A DNA stretch of 64,000 bases from Chrysemys picta bellii (Eukaryota), in assembly GCF_011386835.1 (NCBI RefSeq), contig NC_088806.1, forward strand, positions 2,108,001 to 2,172,000, given 5' to 3'. Of the stretch, positions 1 through 13,205 are shown in pieces. The translations under genes were made by a program, and so were the position numbers. Each line of letters opens with the position of its first letter. The stretch's first letter is position 1. Under the pieces are notes generated by a model. That model did not search any database. It was not told where the DNA came from and worked only from the letters and a program-made list of their open reading frames with translations.

Positions 1-799
1 GCTGGGAATAGCTTCTGAGTCCACTTTCTGCTAGCCCTTGCTACCTCTCAAGTGTAGCTTTTGGACCAGGTTGTGGTGGGCGGTCAAAGTACATTTCCTA
101 GCTTCTGAGGCTACGAGCCATTGTGATGATTTTGTCTGACCTCCTGCGTAATTTGCGCTTTGTGGCTGCAATATACTTATTGCCTTAAGGAAGTCGATTT
201 TATTCAGGAATGGCTTTCCTTTACCGCCCCAGAACAAAGTGGGATAAGACTTTGGCAAGCTGTGTTATTTTAATGTTTGAAGGCTGAGAATATCGAAGCC
301 CGTAAAGCTTGGTTATTCTCCAAAAAAATCTCTCCGTGGGCTCCTAAACCAAAGGCAACGTGCAGATGCCGTTCTTCACCTGGGAACTCCGAGGAGCGTG
401 CTCTCGCAGTGCCATCTCATCTTGCGGAGGAGGGTGGCGTAAATTTATGACCCCGTGTAAAAAATCAAAACGTTGCAGCTGGAACCTAGAGGGGTATTCC
501 TGTGTCTGCGTCCAACCCTGGTGCCTGATGGGTTAATGTCACTAACTTAAGTCCAGATCCTCCAAAGGGCCCGGGGACGTTGGGAGGCTAAATCCCTTTG
601 AGAATCAGGGCCTTGTTTCTCAGAGGCAGAGCCCAGCGGTGCATGTGAGAAGAGCCATTGTTAGGTAGGCACCTTTCCGATTTGAGGTATTAGATTTGTA
701 CTGAAATCTGCTGTTCCCACAGAGGGCCTGGCATCTCAGCTCCGGATCCTCTTATGCTATGGGCTGACCAAACATAGTAAGAGAGTCCCTGCTCGCAAC

Positions 800-960
800 T
801 GAAACCAACAAGACAGGAAGGATTGTGATTCCCATCTCCCAGCTGGGGAAACCGAGGCTCAGATTTGGTGACTTGCCTGTGGTCGTGCCGCGGGTCTCTA
901 ACCCTGATTTCCCGATTCCTTTCTCTTGCAGCAGCACCCAGGTTCAGAGCCCCTTTGCAA
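800..960 (-). mobile_element. MIR/CORE-SINE-like fragment
   Basis: Reverse complement of a CORE-like segment (CCCATCTCCCAGCTGGGGAAACCGAGGCTCAGA...TGACTTGCC). Boundaries approximate. Confidence 0.5.
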
Positions 961-1052
961 ACATACACTGATTGTAGGGCAAAGCATGAGGATTGATTTC
1001 GATGTACTTTGCAGCACTGAATTCTTGCATCCTTTTGGCTTCCCATGCCTTA

Positions 1053-1348
1053 AGCTTGGTCTACACTACCCCCCTAATTCGAACTAAGGTACGCAACGTC
1101 AGCTACGTGAATAACGTAGCTGAAGTTCGAAGTACCTTAGTTCGAATTAGTTCGAACTTACCTTGGTCCACACTCGGCAGGCAGGCTCCCCCGTCGACTC
1201 CGCGGTACTCCTCTCGCCGAGCTGGAGTACCGCAGTCGACGGCGAGCACTTCCGGGTTCGACTTATCGCGTCCAGACTAGACGCGATAAGTCGAACCCAG
1301 AAGTTCGATTTCCAGCCGTCGAACTAGCGGGTAAGTGTAGCCAAGGCC
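1053..1348. mobile_element. Non-autonomous PIF/Harbinger-type MITE
   Basis: Imperfect TIRs (AGCTTGGTCTACACTAC ... GTAAGTGTAGCCAAGGCC) flanked by TTA at 1050-1052 and 1349-1351, the typical Harbinger target duplication. CpG-rich, with internal hairpins. Confidence 0.75.
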
Positions 1349-1679
1349 TTAGTGGACCACAGGAATTATTTAAGTTTATGACCGGCTTCGACTGTTCCCC
1401 ATTCATGCCGCCTTCTAACAGGCTACGGATCCAGGTAGTATTATCGGACAGTCTTGTTTCCTGCAAGCTCCGCTCAGTGGCGTGTTTAAATATGCCGATG
1501 ATACGAGTTCCGTCACAGAGTACTTAGGGTTGTTGAGTCAGATTGCCCAATTTGCCAGGCAGGCTTAACCCTACAATTTTGCACTTACGGCACCTCCGTG
1601 GCACAGCAGCGACAGGAGACCCTCTCGTGCCGTCTGAAAATCTGGTCTCCTCATTGAAGTGCTTGATAATTTAGCTGGT

Positions 1680-1810
1680 GAAGATGGTCTTGTGGTAAAA
1701 GCTGGGACTCCGGAGAGCCGGCTTCAGTTCCTGCCTGTGCCACACACTTTCTGCAGGAGCTTGAGCATATCGCTTTAATCTCTGGGCATCTGTAAAATGG
1801 GGCTGTTTCT
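1680..1810 (+). mobile_element. MIR/CORE-SINE-like fragment
   Basis: tRNA-like head followed by CORE-like ...CTCTGGGCATCTGTAAAATGGGG. Confidence 0.5.
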
Positions 1811-2219
1811 TCCTTTGTCTTGTCTGTTCAGAGCATGCACTGTCTCTTACTATGTGTATGCCTAGTACAGCTGATCTCTAGCCCAATCTTCCCGAGCCGC
1901 GAGACCGTCATGGTGACAGCTGGCACAGAGTCCCAATGCTGTCATGTGTGTTCCCTTCATGCTCTCATTGGCTGTAATAACCTGTCTGGTCTCTCGTCCC
2001 AAAGCCGGAGTGGTTATCCCTGTCTGATCTCGTTCCACTGAGATTGCGGACATGGCATAATGTGACTTAGGGTTATTAAACCAAGATTGGGACCCCATGA
2101 TGCTAGGCGCTGTACGTTCACATGCAAGACCATTTCTGCCCTGAAGAGCTCACAGTCTCAATAGACTAGCTAGAGGGGTGGTTATTTTCCCTGCTGTACA
2201 CATGGGGACCTGAGTCTCA

Positions 2220-2420
2220 GACTAGTATTCATGTTTTAATATATCAGGCTTTTCATCGGTCAAAATGCTTTACAGAGGAGGTGTCCGCATCATCCCCATT
2301 TTAAAGATGGGGAAACTGAGGCCCAGATAGGGTAAGTGTCTTGCCTAAGCTCACCCAGCCCGTCAGCCCCAGATCCAGGAATAGACCCCAGGTTTCCAGT
2401 GCTCTATCCGCCAGTCCAGT
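2220..2420 (-). mobile_element. MIR/CORE-SINE-like fragment
   Basis: CCCCATTTTAAAGATGGGGAAACTGAGGCCCAGA...GTAAGTGTCTTGCCTAAGCTCAC is the reverse complement of the MIR core. Confidence 0.6.
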
Positions 2421-4989
2421 GTTTTAGGTACAAGCCCAACCTTGGTTCATAGCCCCAAACTCCTCAGCTTGGACGTGAGGTGAAATTGTGTTTACTCCTT
2501 TTTGACCCATCTTGACAGTAAATTTGCCAAAAAATGTCTATCAGCAAGTTCAACAGGGTTAGAAACAAAAGATTGTCTAAAGCCGCAGCCCCTTTCGAAC
2601 ATGTCATAGGGAATTGGATTATGAAACCTGTTGCTCTTTCCCGTATTTAGATTTTGAAGCAATGAATGCTTTAGAAAGCGTAACGCTGGGACGATATCGG
2701 GTGCAATTGACTCTACCCGTCAATATTTCCTTTCCTTTTTGCTCCAAAATTAAAACATTAAAAAAAAAATGTTGAGGTTAGCAGCTTGAAGCAAAATATT
2801 TTGTAAAACATCTTGATTTTTGGCTCCTAGTGACAGACCTAGATTGTGTTAACTGCTGTACAAACGTCACAATGAATTTACAACCTATTTTACATATTTT
2901 ATTTTTATGGCCCTTATTCCCACAGTACTTGACCACTTCACAGTTTTTAATATAGGGTAGGAATAGAATAAGATTAGTCCGCTAGATGAGTCTTTTAGTA
3001 CCCAATATTTTCTCCCTTTGAAGGCACTTATACAATGTAATCATGTCGTCTCTTGATCTTTTTGATAAGTTAAATAGCCTGAGGTCTTTACATTTCTCAG
3101 TATAAGGCATATTTTCCAGTCCTCTGATCATTTTTGTAACTCTTCTCTGTACCCTTTCCAGCTTTTTTCAACATTCTTTTTAGAAGAATGAGTGTCCATC
3201 ATGTGAAAATTGGGGGGACATCAAGAATTGAAGTGCCTGAAATCACCCATCATTTTGGCCCAAGCCCTATGTCATTTTGATTGCGAATCTCAGTCAATTT
3301 CATGTCCGAACAGTTGCGAAGAAAAGACAGATTGTCCCTAGTCTGGATAATGCTGCAGGTCACATTTCATAATTGAATAACTTGGAGAGGGGCTTGTCTT
3401 TCATTCAGGGTGGCAAAGCCAGGTTGGTCAATTTCATGGTTGATCCTCATCTCTTCCGTTAACAGATTCTCCTAGGTTGTGTCGAAGTTTTAAATCGAGT
3501 TTGAGTTGAAATTTGCTTGAGCTTTAACAAATGTTTGCCATGTTTCTTTTGCAGCCCCAGATATTTGGATCTAAGCTTTCCGTTAAATTAGAACAAGAGG
3601 TCAGTCATTTTAGCTCCTGGGATGTTTCTTTCCTATATTGGAAGAACGCAAGGATTGACCTGTTGTAGAAACCCGTATCTTCTCTCACGTCACCTACCGA
3701 GCTTTCTCTCTGGGCAAGTCATTCCGTGTCTGTGCCTCATTTGGGATGAGCAGCCTTTTCTCCCACCCTTTGTTTGCTTTGCACTTTAGATGAGGTGGTC
3801 TTTGGGGCAGGACTGTTTTTTCCTGTATTGCGTGTACGTACAGCTCCTAGCACAACGAAGCCCTGATCTTAGTAAGTGCTGCTGTAATAATATCCCTGGG
3901 AGTCTGCAGACTGTCTAAGATATCCAAAGAGTTCCGCACCTCCATTTGACGTTTTTTAGGGGTCAACAAATGAAAAAAGGTCGGAAAACCACTATGATAC
4001 GCAATCAGTTCTTTGCTTCTAGGTGTATATTGTGCAAAAGGAGAAACTTTTAGGTGCTTTCTTAGGCTGTCTTATGGTGTAAAAAAGGTAGATTTTGCAT
4101 TGAACCCTCCACAAATTTCAAAGCACGATCGACCCAGCTGTTTTTAATCTTTGATCATATGTTGTCCCCGGGAGTTAAGACTCAATTGTGTTGGGTTTGG
4201 TTTTTTTTTTTCAGAGCAGACTTGCCTGCTTTATCTCATCTTCTAGTACTTCCTCATCAGCCATGAGTTGCTACAAAAAGCTGCAGCTGCTCTGATTTTT
4301 ATTAACCACGGTGCTTTTAAGGGCCAAACTTGTCTCTCTGAAACTAGGGTTATGTTAAGCACCGACACGTGTTCTCCATGGTCTCGGTAAGGAAATAACT
4401 TTTTCTTAGTGACATTTGGCAACACTTTGAGCGGGTCCCTGGTTGTAGGAATTTGAGGATCGGTGCTGTCCTTAGGAAACAGCGAAGCAAAGACGAGAAT
4501 TGGATATCTGTAAATAGTACCAGACGTTCGGAAAAAGCGAGAGCCAATGGGCTGTTGCAGGACTGTAGTAACCTGATCTGGGCCAAAGGGGTGTGTGGTA
4601 TTGTCTCCGCTTTGCCACAGGGCTAATTTTAGACCTGTCTTGCCCCAACGGGAAAACAGTCGAACACCAACCGGTGTCTGGCATCAGCGGGTCTGCAGAT
4701 CAAAGGTGTCAAAAATTCGTCATGGGCTAATTCTCTGCTTAGAAAGGGGGGAAGGAAAGCTTTGTTTCAGATGACTTGCCTGCTTTTGTTAGCCTTGCTG
4801 CTTCTGCCTTCCCTCCCTTTCACGAGTAGGGGGTCTCTGATTCCCGACCGACTTCTGTTCGCATTTAAGGTGAAGGATCTCTGGACTCTTGCGAGTGAGA
4901 GTTGTTAAGATTTCAAAGGTTATTTTCCCCTCCTGTACCTCACTGCCCAAGTCCCCTTTCGGTTTAAGTAGTAGCGACCTGTCAGCAGT

Positions 4990-5215
4990 CGCTTATTCCA
5001 CCAAAATCCGGCCCTGACTAGGCCTCAAGAGACCCGAATCCTATTTCTGGCTAGGCCACGGGCCTGCTGGGTGACCTTGGTTAAGTCATTTCACTGCCCG
5101 GTGCCTCAGGTTCCCCATCTGTAAATTGGGGGCATGGTCTGGGCACCTCCCCTGTAAAGCCCTTTGACATCTAGTGATGAAAAGCGCTAGATAAGAGCTA
5201 GATGGTCTTGTTTGA
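4990..5215 (+). mobile_element. MIR/CORE-SINE-like fragment
   Basis: GGGTGACCTTGGTTAAGTCATTTCACTGCCCGGTGCCTCAGGTTCCCCATCTGTAAATTGGG matches the MIR core. Confidence 0.6.
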
Positions 5216-5249
5216 TTTGCCTCATTTGACATTTAACTGCCCTTAGAGT

Positions 5250-5790
5250 TAGTTTTCCTTGTATCTGACCTAAACCTCCCTTGCTGCAGATTAAGCCCAT
5301 TGCTTCTTGTCCTACCTTCAATAGACATGGAAAACAATTGTCCCCCGTCCTCTGTAGAACATATTTGAAGACTCTTATCAGTTATTCACCCCTCCTCCCC
5401 CGCCCCTCCAGTCATCTTTTCTCAAGGCTTAAACATGCCCAGTTTTTTTCAACCTCAGCAAAGATCAAGTTTTCTAAACCCTCGATCATTTATGGTGCTC
5501 TCCTCTGGACTCTCTCCGGTTTATCCACATCTTTCCTAAAGTGTGGGCACACAGCATTGGACAGAGCACTGCAGCTGCGGCCCCTCCAGAGTGGGACAGC
5601 TGCCTCCCGTGTCTTGCGTGCGACACTCCCGTTAAGATCCCACCCCCCGAATGATAATCCTTTATTTCAACCGCATCACACGGTTGATTCATATTCCATT
5701 TGTGATCCCTCCGTCCACTTCTCCCTTCTCCACTGCACCAAATACTAACTGGATCACATTTAGGGCCTCTTGCCATTTAGGTACGCAAAG
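5250..5790 (-). mobile_element. Old CR1-like LINE 3' fragment
   Basis: Degenerate reverse complement of CR1 RT C-terminal sequence (TTATGGTGCTCTCCTCTGGACTCTCTCC, CACAGCATTGGACAGAGCACTGCAGCTGCGG). Confidence 0.55.
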
Positions 5791-7329
5791 CTACCACCGT
5801 GTCGTCGTCCCTGCTAGGTACAGGTTTGCCCGCGGTTCGTCGGCATGCTCATAATGCTTGCAGCTGTGCTGTAAGAAAGCTGTAATCCAGTCTCATGCTT
5901 CAGGTTTTCAGCATGTTGCCTCCGGGGTCAGGAAGGAATTGTTCTCCCTGAAGCACAATTGGCTAGACATATTCAGGGCTGGGTTTTTTTGGCCTTCCTC
6001 TGAAGCATCAGAGATTGGTCACTGGATAGGGTGAACCAGTGCTTAGAGGTGGTAAAGAAAGTCCTTTCTAGTGGCTTGGCTGGTGTGTTTTGCTCCTTTG
6101 CTCAGGATCACACTGGTCTCCACATTTAGGGTCAGGAAGGAACTTTCCCTCAGATCAGATTGGCAGGGACTTTTTGTGAGGGGGGCGGGGTTCGCCTTCT
6201 GGGGTCAACTGGGTATATATTGCCTAAATCATTTTCCTCCTGTAGCAGGGGCCATGGGCACTGGTGGCACTTTGGCCTCTCCTGTTCTCTCTCTCTGGCG
6301 TTTAGTTGTCTCCGAGGACTGAAATGCTTCGGTTAAGCTAAAATTGGGCTCGAGGTTAAGGGTATGCGGGTGGGTTTCCATGGCCTCTGTTAGATCATAC
6401 AGCCTGAGCTCAGGTTATCGCTCCTGCCTGGCCTTCAACTGTGTTAAAAAACTATGACAATCCCTCTTTCTGTATGGTGATTGTAAGATCTCTGAGCACA
6501 GAAGGCTCTTCAATCCAACAGACTAAAGTGGAACAAGAGCCAATGGTGGAAGCTGAAGCTAGGCAAATCCCAACTGGAAATAGGGAGCAGGTTTATAGCC
6601 TATCAGGGTCCTTACCCATTGAGGCAGCTTCACAGGGGGCCTGGTGTACATGGGCCGGTCCCTGAGATCTCGTTGACCCAGTTTAGGAAGGCAGCAAGAC
6701 GGTATCACAAAGGTTGAGAAACACAGGACTTGATGACTTGTTGAGGTCCCTTCCAGCACTACGTTTCTGTTTTTGTGGTGGATTTTGTCCATCTCTTGGA
6801 ATTTTTAAATTGAAGTATAACTGGGTTCAAAAAAGAACTAGATCAGTTCATGGAGGATAGGTCCATCAGTGACTGTTAGCCAAGAAGGTCAGGGATGCAA
6901 CCCCATGCTCCCTAAACGTCCAACTTCCAGAAGCTGGGGCTGGACAACAAGGGATGGATCACTTGAAAATGCCCCCATTCTGTGCATTCCCTCTGAAGCA
7001 TCTGGCACAGGATAGTGGGCCAGATGGACCATTGGTCTGACCCCAGTATGGCCGTTCTTCCGAGACGGAATATCTTTCTAAAAGAGATGTTTTTAGTCCA
7101 ACCACAAATGTGTAGGAATCGCTGGCTGAAATTCTCAGGTGTCTGTTGCACAGGAGGACAGACTGGAGAAAGATTAAGACCAGAAGAGATTGATTGACCG
7201 CGACTAGATGGGTGGCGAGTGGAGGCTACCGGGGGTGAAGCACAAAGTTCTAATTTGCCCATTTGCCCTCCCTTCCTTTGGTCCATAATTTCCCCTGATG
7301 TCTCCTCACAGATTGTGAGCTGCACAACA

Positions 7330-7870
7330 GATCTTTGTGGCTAGAAGGGACCACTAGAGATAAAATACAGGAAGTCAGACTATCTGGGGACTTCCGTAAT
7401 GAGGCCAATAATTTGTGGTGGACTAAAACATCTCTTCCTGAAAGACAACCATCTGTTCTTGATACGAAAACCTCAGGAGGCAGAGAATCCACCGCCTGGG
7501 ACTTTGTTCCAGTGTTAATCGCCCTTACTGTTAAGAGTTTGTGCCTTATTTTTAACTTGAATCTGTTTGGCCTTAGTTTCTGGCTGTTGGTTCTTGTTCT
7601 GCCTTTCCATGCTAGGTTACAAAGTCCTGGAGAAAATATCAGGTATTAAACACCGTGATCAAGTCACCTGTTTGATCTTCTCTAGTCTTCTTAAGTCTCT
7701 CACTTACTTTCCAGGTTTGGGATAATTTGTGTGGGTCTTTGCTGCACCGTCTCCAGCATTCAACCTTTATTTAAAAAAGTGGACATAAGAATTGGATGCA
7801 GTGTCCCAGTCTTGGTCTCACTGAGTGACCCTGATCTTGCAGGGTTTGAAACTTGTCCTTGGAACCTTAG
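7330..7870 (-). mobile_element. Old CR1-like LINE 3' fragment
   Basis: Degenerate CR1 RT 3' sequence (CTTTGCTGCACCGTCTCCAG, AATTGGATGCAGTGTCCCAG). Boundaries approximate. Confidence 0.5.
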
Positions 7871-8732
7871 CTTAGTTTATTTAATGGGCTCTCAAACTGG
7901 GGGTCCTGGTCACCTGGAGAAGGATGCGGGAGACTAGCAGGACAATGTTCCAGTTCTCCATGGCTAGACAAGATGGGAAGTGCTTGAAACTTTCATGGAC
8001 TATCCCAAAACTCTCTCATAGGATCGCTGCATGGGAAAGGCTGAGACGCGCTGTTTATTTTAGACCCCAGCAGTGCGTTGAGAAGCAGGGGGTGTGTGTG
8101 GGCTCCGAGTGGAAAGTGGAGATAAAATGTACCACTTTGGTATGAGAGGGGCGCTGATTTGCTTCACACTGAATGAATGATAAATGAGACGCCGTTTGCC
8201 AGTCAGTTGGCTAACTCGGGAACGAGACTGACGACATATATAGGCACAACTGCATTTAAAGGGGACCGGCCTGCCTGCTTGAGACAAATATAGAACTGTT
8301 ACTCCTAGAAGATTTAATTACCATCTCTGGATTGGGGGGCAAATGTGTGGTGGTGCTGGGGGTCTGTGTGTGTGGGGAGCTGATCAGTTTCTCTGGTTAG
8401 ATCAAGATTTGTAAAGCGAAACCCCACCCAACTTAGCGTCATCAGCAACTTTGATAAGCATCCTCTCCACTCAGTTATCCAAGACAGTCATGGAAAATAT
8501 CGGATCGTAACGGACTCAGCACTATATGCCCCCCCAAGTTTGGCAGCGAACCATTGATAACTGCTCTTTGAGTGCGGCCTTTCAATCAGTTGTGCGCCTT
8601 CCTTTAGACTGCACTTCCCTAGTTTGCTTTGGAGGCTGCCATGTGGGACGGTGTCAAAAAGCCTTCCTAAAATAAGGGATATCTCCTCTACAGCGCTCTC
8701 AGAACAGAGTCTCTGCCCCAAATTGTTTACAG

Positions 8733-9298
8733 CAGGGGTGGGCAAATTTTTTGTATACTGGGCCATGAATGCTCACAGCATTGGGGTTGGGGTGCGGGAG
8801 GGGGTGAGGGCTCTGGGGTGGGGCTGAGGATGAGGAGTTTGGGGTGCAGGAGGGTGCTCTGGGCTGGGACTGAGGGGTTTGGAGGACAGGAGGGGAATCA
8901 GGGCTGGGGCAGGGGGTTCGTGTGTGGGGAGAGGCTCAGGGGTGCAGGCTCTGGGCAGCACTTACCTCAAGCATCTCCTGGAAGCAGCGACCATGTCCCC
9001 ACTCCAGTTGCCCCACCTGCAGGCGCTGCCCCTGCAGCTCCCATTGGCCACAGTTCCCGGCCAATGGGAGCTGCGATGGCAGCGTGCAGAGCAGAGGCTC
9101 CTGGCTGCCCCTACACGTAGGAGCCGGAGGGGTGACCATGCCGCTGCTTCTAGGAGCCTCCTGGAGCAGCTCCCAACCCTGCTGCCCGGCTGGAGCGGGG
9201 CAAGCCCCAGATCCCACTCCCCAGCAGGAGCTCAAGAGCTGGATTAAAACAGCTGCTGGTCCGGATCCGGCCCACGGGCCGTAGTTTGCCCACCCCTG
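8733..9298. mobile_element. Non-autonomous hAT DNA transposon
   Basis: Perfect TIR CAGGGGTGGGCAAA...TTTGCCCACCCCTG, with 8-bp TSD GTTTACAG at 8725-8732 and 9299-9306. Confidence 0.9.
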
Positions 9299-10554
9299 GT
9301 TTACAGTCTGTGTGATGAGACAACAGATGGATACAGTCAGATAGGGGAGTACGAGGAAACAGGGAGACAATATTGAGTTTGAGGAGGGGTATGAAGGAGG
9401 TTTCGTTCATTTTTTGGGTGGCGCGTACGGAGAGTCTGTTGGAGAAAGCACAATGGTGTGCATTTGAAAATTTAAGCGGTGGTTTGGAAGCTGGCATTGT
9501 GGGCTGATCGGAAGCGAGTGTCGGCATCTTGATAGCAGATAGCTTTCAGGTGGAAAGATCCCATCTCTAATGCAGATATCTTAGAGGTACCTTGGGTAAT
9601 ATCGGCCTCTGTAATAACTTGTCCAGGGAAATAATTGTTCTTGCTCGAGTCCCGCTTCCCTGATCTTTAATGTTTGAACTCTGAGTCAGGGTTGTCTGAT
9701 GCCCTGTTCAGAGTTAGTGCCGGAGTTCCTGCGTTTGTTGGTGCTGCTCCGATTCACCAGTTGTTTTCCAGCACTTAGGAGCATTTGAGCTGCTTTTGTT
9801 GTCGATGGTTGGCATCTTCTGGATGACTTCCAAAACGTCTGTCTCGCAGATCATGTTTTACCATTCCCAGCGGTGAATCCCCCTTAAAGCCCAGCGAGTC
9901 AGAAAAGCACCTGAAGTGAAACTTGTCCCATTTCAGGCTGTGTATTCAGAACAAAGGAAAAGAAAGCTAGCTATGGGGCTGAGATTCTGATCTTGCTCCC
10001 TCTAACCTTGGGCCGTGGCTTTATTTCTCTGTGCCTCCCTTCCCTATATGTAAAAACCTCAGATCTCCTGAGGAATTCTCAGTTTCTTGATGGTTTCCAA
10101 TCAAGACTGTTTAGGCTAAAGATACGTTTTAGGCAGGCACAAGTTACTGGACTCAGGATACTGGATGAAACTGAAATGCCTCCGATATACAGGTCGTGCT
10201 AGGTGATCTAATGGTCCTTTCCGGCCTTAAACTCTCTGAACTTAACTTCGGTGCTGTCATTGTTTGTTTCTATATTATCACTCCCATCCCGTAATATCTG
10301 AGCGCCTCCTGGAAAGAGATACTATTTCCCTCCCTTCCATAGGATAAAGCTATTTTCATTTTGTGGGTGAGGAAACCGAGGCACAGACAGTTAAGTGGCT
10401 TTCCCAGAGTCAGAGCTGGGAATCTACCCCAGACCAGAGTCTCTATCCAGAGCCTTAATCATAAGCCCGTTTGAAGAATTAGCGTCTGAGTGGGGGGGTA
10501 TGGGGAGGTGTCTCTCTAAGCACCTGTTCACCCGTGCAACCAAGGCATTCCTGT

Positions 10555-10713
10555 CATAGAATCACAGACTATCAGGGCTGGAAGGGACCTCAGGAGGTCT
10601 CTAGTCCAACCCCCTGCTCAAAGCAGGACCAATCCCCAGACAGATTTTTGCCCCAGATCCCTAAATGGCCCCCTCAAGGATTGAACTCACAACCCAGGGT
10701 TTAGCAGGCCAAT
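10555..10713 (-). mobile_element. Tortoise-type tRNA-derived SINE with CR1 3' tail (5'-truncated)
   Basis: Near-identical to the reverse complement of 16323-16505; CR1-type tail at the left end. Confidence 0.85.
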
Positions 10714-12379
10714 CCCTGGTATCAGACTCCAAATGAGTATGTCCAGAAGGTGTTGACTGGGGGGGTTAAAACAGCCGGAAAAGGGAATTGGCTCTGGATT
10801 TTGTAGTCCCTATAAAAAATAAAATGATAAATACTGTAGCAATCATCACTCTTTTGTTTTGTTTTGGGCAGTGTTTAGCAGCCCAACTGGGATGAGGGCC
10901 CCATCCTACATAACACAGAATATATTGTAATGCCTTTCTGGAAATCAACGGTGGTGCCTTATCTGGAGATGACCTTAAAAAGGAGGTGGCAGAGTTAGAG
11001 GGGGTTCAGAGAAGGGCGGTGAAAATGATCGATAGCCTGGCTTACATGAAGAGAAATGAAGGCCAGAATGGCCCATCAGCTCATTAGCCCGCCCTTTCCA
11101 TCACCGGCCACTGAACCCCGCTGTCCCCCCTGTATTGAGCTGATGCCCTGGATTATATTAAAGCGTTACAGCCCTCGGGAGGTCAGACTGTTGTGTGCCA
11201 CAGGCAGAGAATATGAGCTGACTGAGGTGACACCTGTACCTAAGGCAGGGAATTAATTAGGTGAGATGTACCCAGATTATCCTAGCAAGCAACCTGCCCC
11301 CCCAAGCTGAAGAGGAAGGTGAAAGCCCCCAAGGGTCCCTGTCAATCTAACCTGGGGGAAGATTCCTTCCCACCCCTGAAAATGGTCATCAGTTTGTTGT
11401 GGGATTGTTACCCGAGGAAAGGGAGGAGTTAAGAGAACACAAGTCTGTAACGTAATGACGGGGAAAGAGACGGTAGAGCGGGAGTTTCTCTTCCTTGTCT
11501 CTCAAAACCACGGCAAGGGGACACCGAGCGAAACGGAATGGCGGCAAACGCAAAAGTGAGCAAAGGAAATGATTTCGCCCCCCCACGAGGCGTGTGATTA
11601 GCTTGTGGCACTCGCTGCCACATGAAATCAGTGAGGCCAAGAACGTAGAGTCCGAGTTTTTAAGGCCGGGAGGGATTTTATTCAGGAGCGCATCCCTGCT
11701 CTTGCAGCAGACGGGTCTTGAGGCTTTTAACAGCGTGCTAGCGACAAACAGGCAGCTGTTGGCCGGGGTGGGCGGCGGTGCCGGGAGAGCGTCTCTCTCG
11801 GCACCTGTTAGTCCCGTCACCGGTTGGACTGGGGAGGCATTCTTGTCCCTGGCCTCAGACTCCAAATGCAGAACAAGATCGCCTGCCCCCACCGCACCTC
11901 GCAGAGTCTCCTGGGAGATGCTGATGGCTACAATCAAATAGCCCTAATCAGGAGTAGCGCCAGGTGCTGGGTGGGCCTCCTGGCCGAGATCTGGGCAGGC
12001 TGCCCCCCATTGGGCTGGGCACTCCACAGCTGCAGCGAAAGACAGCTAACAATCGAAATAGACAAAAGACTTTTAAATGAGGAACTGAAGCCAAACACAG
12101 CATCGGTGGCAGAGCCCGGTTCCGAGCCCAATCCTGACAACACATCCTGGGGATTCTAGCCGAAACTTTCAAGTGGCTAGGAGATTGGGGGGAGGGGGGG
12201 AGGGGCTGATTCTGCAGAAAGTCCAGCGCACCCACCAAAACTTGCCCTGCACTTCCTGAAAACCAGGGCGCCCTGTGAAGATGCGTCAAGCAGGGAGAGG
12301 GGGAAAGTACGACAGTCTAAAACCCTAATCACTGTTTGGGGGAGGGAGGATGGTTATAAATGGAGCGCTGGATTGATAC

Positions 12380-12580
12380 CATCTAGCTCTTAGATATAGC
12401 ATTTTTCCTTACTAGACTTCAAAGCTCTTTACAAGGGAGGTCAGGGGTGTCGTACCCATTTTACATATGGGGAAACGGAGGCACAAGGCCCATGTGGTTT
12501 GCCCAAGGGGGTGAAAGGGGTAGCAGCATAGGTCCCCCATATTCCCCCTAGAGATCTGGGGGGCTGGGGTGTGTCTGCAT
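12380..12580 (-). mobile_element. MIR/CORE-SINE-like fragment
   Basis: CCCATTTTACATATGGGGAAACGGAGGCACA...GGTTTGCCCAAGG. Confidence 0.5.
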
Positions 12581-13205
12581 GAATGAAGCAGCAGGTCTGC
12601 TGTGCCTCCCCCCTCAACGCCACACAGAGCCCTCTGCTGGGATAGGGTTGGCTGGGGGGGTGTGGGGGAGCAGTGCTGCAGGGTTTGGAATTGACACCCC
12701 ATTGAAATGCATGGGACAGTTCCCCTTGCTGAGAGGGATTGGTTCAGGCTCTCTGCAGACTCAGGCAGCCCGGCTGAGTGAGTTATCCTTGGGGCAGTTC
12801 ACCCTTCTCTGAGTTATAGTTTCAGGCAGACGTCGCTGTGTCCATCACACTCCGGTCACGTGTTCGGGTGTTTCTTCACAACCGTGAGAGCTAGAAACTT
12901 AATTAAAAAAAAAAAAACGAAACCCTAAATGCTGCTAAAATCATTTGACTCCAGGAACCAGGGCTCGGGGCACAAGGCTGTAATGCTGAGCTCCTAATTC
13001 TGCACATGGGCGGTGTGTGGCTGGCTGCAGATACAGCAGATTCTGCTTATTAGCAACCCCTTGGTTGCCAGCAGAAAGTTGCAATTATCCACCGATCCCT
13101 GCTACTGCCCTGCCCATGATGAAGTGGTTAATATCCAGGTTTGCTGTCAAACGGAACGTGCTGCCCTGAGGATCGCTCATGCTTTCTTCTGTTCTCCCTC
13201 CGCAG

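Noticed and set aside
1-13205. FXR2 exon 1 or another gene in the first 13 kb
   Set aside because: No VEVRGSNGAFYK-type coding sequence or promoter-type CpG island was found; the region reads as repeat-rich intron 1.
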